DNA from: an uncultured Desulfarculus sp.
GTDB taxonomy: Bacteria > Desulfobacterota > Desulfarculia > Desulfarculales > Desulfarculaceae
Length of the DNA stretch: 64,000 nt
Assembly (NCBI GenBank): GCA_963665125.2
Contig: CAXXUK010000001.1
Coordinates: forward strand, 2,112,001-2,176,000
Direction: 5' to 3'
The notes beneath the pieces were generated by a model. That model worked only from the letters and a program-made list of their open reading frames with translations, was not told the origin of the DNA and did no database searches. Numbering within the stretch: position 1 is the first letter of the stretch; every line of letters starts with the position of its first letter. The position numbers were made by a program, and so were the translations under genes. Positions 61,622 through 64,000 of the stretch are shown here, in pieces.

Positions 61622-62611
61622 CTAGCGCAGCACCTTTTCATAGGGCAACAGGTCTTCGAAAGGCATCAGCGTGCCCATGGCCCGGTTGCCGGTGGGTATG
61701 GCCGCCTCCTCCACCGCGGCCATGGGATTGAGCCCGCCCAGAAGGATCAGGCCGACCCGACCCTCGGAGACCGGCACCTCCAACAGCGGTTGGCCCGGTC
61801 GGCCCATCATCAGGATACCGCCCAGACCGGCCCGCTCCATGCGCGCCCCGACCCTGCGGGCCAGGTCCGCGGCCTGGGCCGGTATTTCCCGGAAGCTGGC
61901 CCCCACCACGCCGTCGCCGGTGGCCGCCACCCGGCTCACCGATGTCATATGGCCCTTGATAAAGACCTCCAGGGGGTCCAGGGTCGTGCCGTCGTAATTG
62001 ATGATCTGTAAAAAGCGCTGGGGCTTGCCGCCGATCATCTGCAACAGGCCGCCGAAACGGTTGTGGGTGGGGATTCCCTCTGCCAAGAGCACGCCGTTGA
62101 CGCTGATGGAACAGATGGTGGCCACGCCGGTTTCTCCGGGCTGCACGGTGAGGCGGCCCAGCCTGGCCCCCGGACCGGCCAGCAGAATGCGGCGGCCCAT
62201 GGAAAGCCCGGCGTCAAACACCCGGCGCATCAGTTCTATGGCGTGGCTGGCCCTGGATGTGGCAAAGGTGGAGACATTGACCACCACATTGCCGCGGCCC
62301 TGGCGCAGCTTGAAATCCATGCCGAATGTCAGCGCGTCGCAGCGGGCGGCCACGAAACCGACCTTGTCCACCACAAAGGCGCTTTCCAACTCGCCGCGGC
62401 CCTTTTCGGTGAGCCTGCGGCCCCGGCGGCCCACGCTTACGGTGAGGCCTTCCTCATCGGTGACGTTGAGATAATAGCGGATGGTCCGCTGGCTCATCTC
62501 CCGGCCCGCCAGGCTCAGGGCATGGGCGATACGAGTTCCGCCCAGAGGCCTTTCGGCCTCACCAAGCACCCGCAGAATATCGAGCATTTTACGCCGGCTT
62601 CGGTCATCCAT
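61622..62611 (-). CDS. nrpR: NrpR-type nitrogen repressor (wHTH + single NRD/DUF128)
   Basis: SQRTIRYYL...GRRLTEKG wHTH; ICSISVNGVLL, YDGTTLDPLEVFI, ASFREIP, GGLNPMAAVEE; ATG 62611 with GGAG RBS. Confidence 0.87.
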   Translation of the reverse strand: MDDRSRRKMLDILRVLGEAERPLGGTRIAHALSLAGREMSQRTIRYYLNVTDEEGLTVSVGRRGRRLTEKGRGELESAFVVDKVGFVAARCDALTFGMDFKLRQGRGNVVVNVSTFATSRASHAIELMRRVFDAGLSMGRRILLAGPGARLGRLTVQPGETGVATICSISVNGVLLAEGIPTHNRFGGLLQMIGGKPQRFLQIINYDGTTLDPLEVFIKGHMTSVSRVAATGDGVVGASFREIPAQAADLARRVGARMERAGLGGILMMGRPGQPLLEVPVSEGRVGLILLGGLNPMAAVEEAAIPTGNRAMGTLMPFEDLLPYEKVLR

Positions 62612-62638
62612 AAGATTTCTCCGCACAAAATCACATAA

Positions 62639-62667
62639 AACCTAGCCGAGCATCTGGTTGCCGTCAA
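62639..62667 (-). promoter_or_regulatory. Putative nrpR promoter
   Basis: TTGACG-17 nt-TAGGTT on the - strand. Confidence 0.45.
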
Positions 62668-62811
62668 GTCAAAAACTGCAATATTGCCGTTAGATGGTGC
62701 CTAAAAGTCCCACGCGAACACCACTAATCAATTGCCCAATGTTATTAGCCATGCTAATTTATTATTGGATATAGGGCTGTTGAATCAATATATTTTCATC
62801 ACCTGAGGCTA

Positions 62812-62874
62812 TTGACAAAATGGTAAACACATGGGATATATGCAGCCATTGCCGTTTTGACGGGAAACGGCAAT
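62812..62874 (+). promoter_or_regulatory. Putative nadE promoter with downstream palindromic operator
   Basis: TTGACA-17 nt-GATATA, then ATTGCCGTTT-N7-AAACGGCAAT (62848-62874). Confidence 0.55.
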
Positions 62875-63044
62875 ATGTGGCGGATTTTTGGCGAGCTAAG
62901 CGGTATAAGAATCATATGGGGCGTTTTTCAGGCCCCACAGCAAAGACAACCGCGCTCAAGGGCGGAGACTCAGGCGACCAGCCGCGCATATTCAGCGGCG
63001 GCGAACAGGCGTCTATTGGCTCCGACCCGGCTGGAGGGAACACT

Positions 63045-64000
63045 TTGCGCGTAGCCCAGGCCCAAATCAACCCCATTGTGGGCGATTTGCCAGGCAACTC
63101 GGCCTTGATAACCGGTGCCATCGGCCAAGCCCGTGAAATGGGCGCGGCACTTGTGGTTACGCCGGAATTGGCCGTGTGCGGCTACCCTCCCGAAGATCTG
63201 CTGCTCAAGCCTCGCTTTCTTGCCGATTGCCGGGCCGCCGTTGAAGGCATAGCTCCGGCCACCGGCGGCATCACGGCCATCGTGGGCTTCCCGGAAGGAA
63301 GCGACGACGCCGTCTACAACTCGGCCGCCGTGTTCAGCGACGGCAGTCTCAAAGCCATATACCGCAAAATAGAATTGCCCAATTACGGCGTTTTCGACGA
63401 ACGCCGCTATTTCCAACCGGGCAGCGAAGGCCTGCTCATCCAACTCGGCGGACGGCGGATCATGGTCACCATCTGCGAAGACCTGTGGATCGCCGGAAAC
63501 TCCGTTGAAAAGCGCGCCGTGGATGAATGCGTGGAACTGGTCGTAAATCTCTCGTCATCGCCATTCCACGCCGGCAAACTGGGTCAGCGTTTGGCCGTGC
63601 TTTCCGGTTTTGCCCAGCGCACCGGCTGCATGGTCTCATACACCAACCTGGTGGGCGGCCAGGACGAACTGGTTTTTGACGGCGGCAGCCTTGTCTTGTC
63701 GCCCGAAGGCACCCTGGTGGCCTGCGCGGCCCGTTTTGAGCCCAGCCTGATAATTCACGACCTGGAGCCCCCCCGCAAGCAAGGCCAAGCCGTTGGCCGG
63801 GCGCAAACAATCGTTTTGGACGGCAATATTGCCGTGCCTGAAAAGGAACTGACCCTGGTGTGCAGGCCCGAGATGGGCCCCCTGGATGAAACCATCGCCG
63901 CCCTTGAGCTTGGCGTGCGCGACTATCTGCACAAAAACGGCTTTGCCAAGGCCGTGCTGGGCCTCAGCGGCGGAATAGATTCGGCCCTGACGGCGGCCCT
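63045..64000 (+). CDS. nadE: Glutamine-dependent NAD+ synthetase (partial, runs off window)
   Basis: TTG start with GGAGG RBS; MRVAQAQINPIVGD, PELAVCGYPPEDLL, LPNYGVFDERRYF, ICEDLW, LGLSGGIDSAL in one frame; absent from the ORF track because there is no stop codon. Confidence 0.95.
   Translation, partial: MRVAQAQINPIVGDLPGNSALITGAIGQAREMGAALVVTPELAVCGYPPEDLLLKPRFLADCRAAVEGIAPATGGITAIVGFPEGSDDAVYNSAAVFSDGSLKAIYRKIELPNYGVFDERRYFQPGSEGLLIQLGGRRIMVTICEDLWIAGNSVEKRAVDECVELVVNLSSSPFHAGKLGQRLAVLSGFAQRTGCMVSYTNLVGGQDELVFDGGSLVLSPEGTLVACAARFEPSLIIHDLEPPRKQGQAVGRAQTIVLDGNIAVPEKELTLVCRPEMGPLDETIAALELGVRDYLHKNGFAKAVLGLSGGIDSALTAA

Noticed and set aside
62880..63044. Riboswitch or ANTAR twin-hairpin in the ~200-nt nadE leader
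   Set aside because: I could not fit a NAD, glutamine or ANTAR consensus by eye; it needs an Infernal search

Overview
This is a GC-rich core-chromosome segment, most likely from a deltaproteobacterial (Desulfobacterota) anaerobe. A Desulfarculaceae-like origin is inferred from gene content and style only. Gene order: a queA-tgt-yajC-secDF-parAB-NYN run; a small AT-richer accessory patch; a complete Pho/Pst locus with a porin and two visible Pho-box arrays; pagL-like and P1 peptidase genes; a glucosylglycerate-synthase-like glycosyltransferase; corC-lnt-prfB with the canonical +1 frameshift; amidase-mutS-lapBA-HIT; an atypical HTH-WYL regulator heading an acyl-CoA degradation cluster (two thiolases, crotonase, two acyl-CoA dehydrogenases, CoA ligase, MeaB); lptGF; dgt; yqeY-mutS2-dnaG-rpoD; acuC-icd-comF-rfaE2; and nrpR divergent from a partial glutamine-dependent nadE. 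I saw no tRNA, rRNA, CRISPR array, transposase or phage gene. The most unusual signal is non-coding. A multi-hairpin element occurs three times (about 8.1, 26.4 and 49.0 kb). Its loops and hairpin order are conserved while the stems covary, and there are two apparent insertions of hairpin modules into the loops of other hairpins. There is also a candidate NrpR operator unlike the archaeal one.
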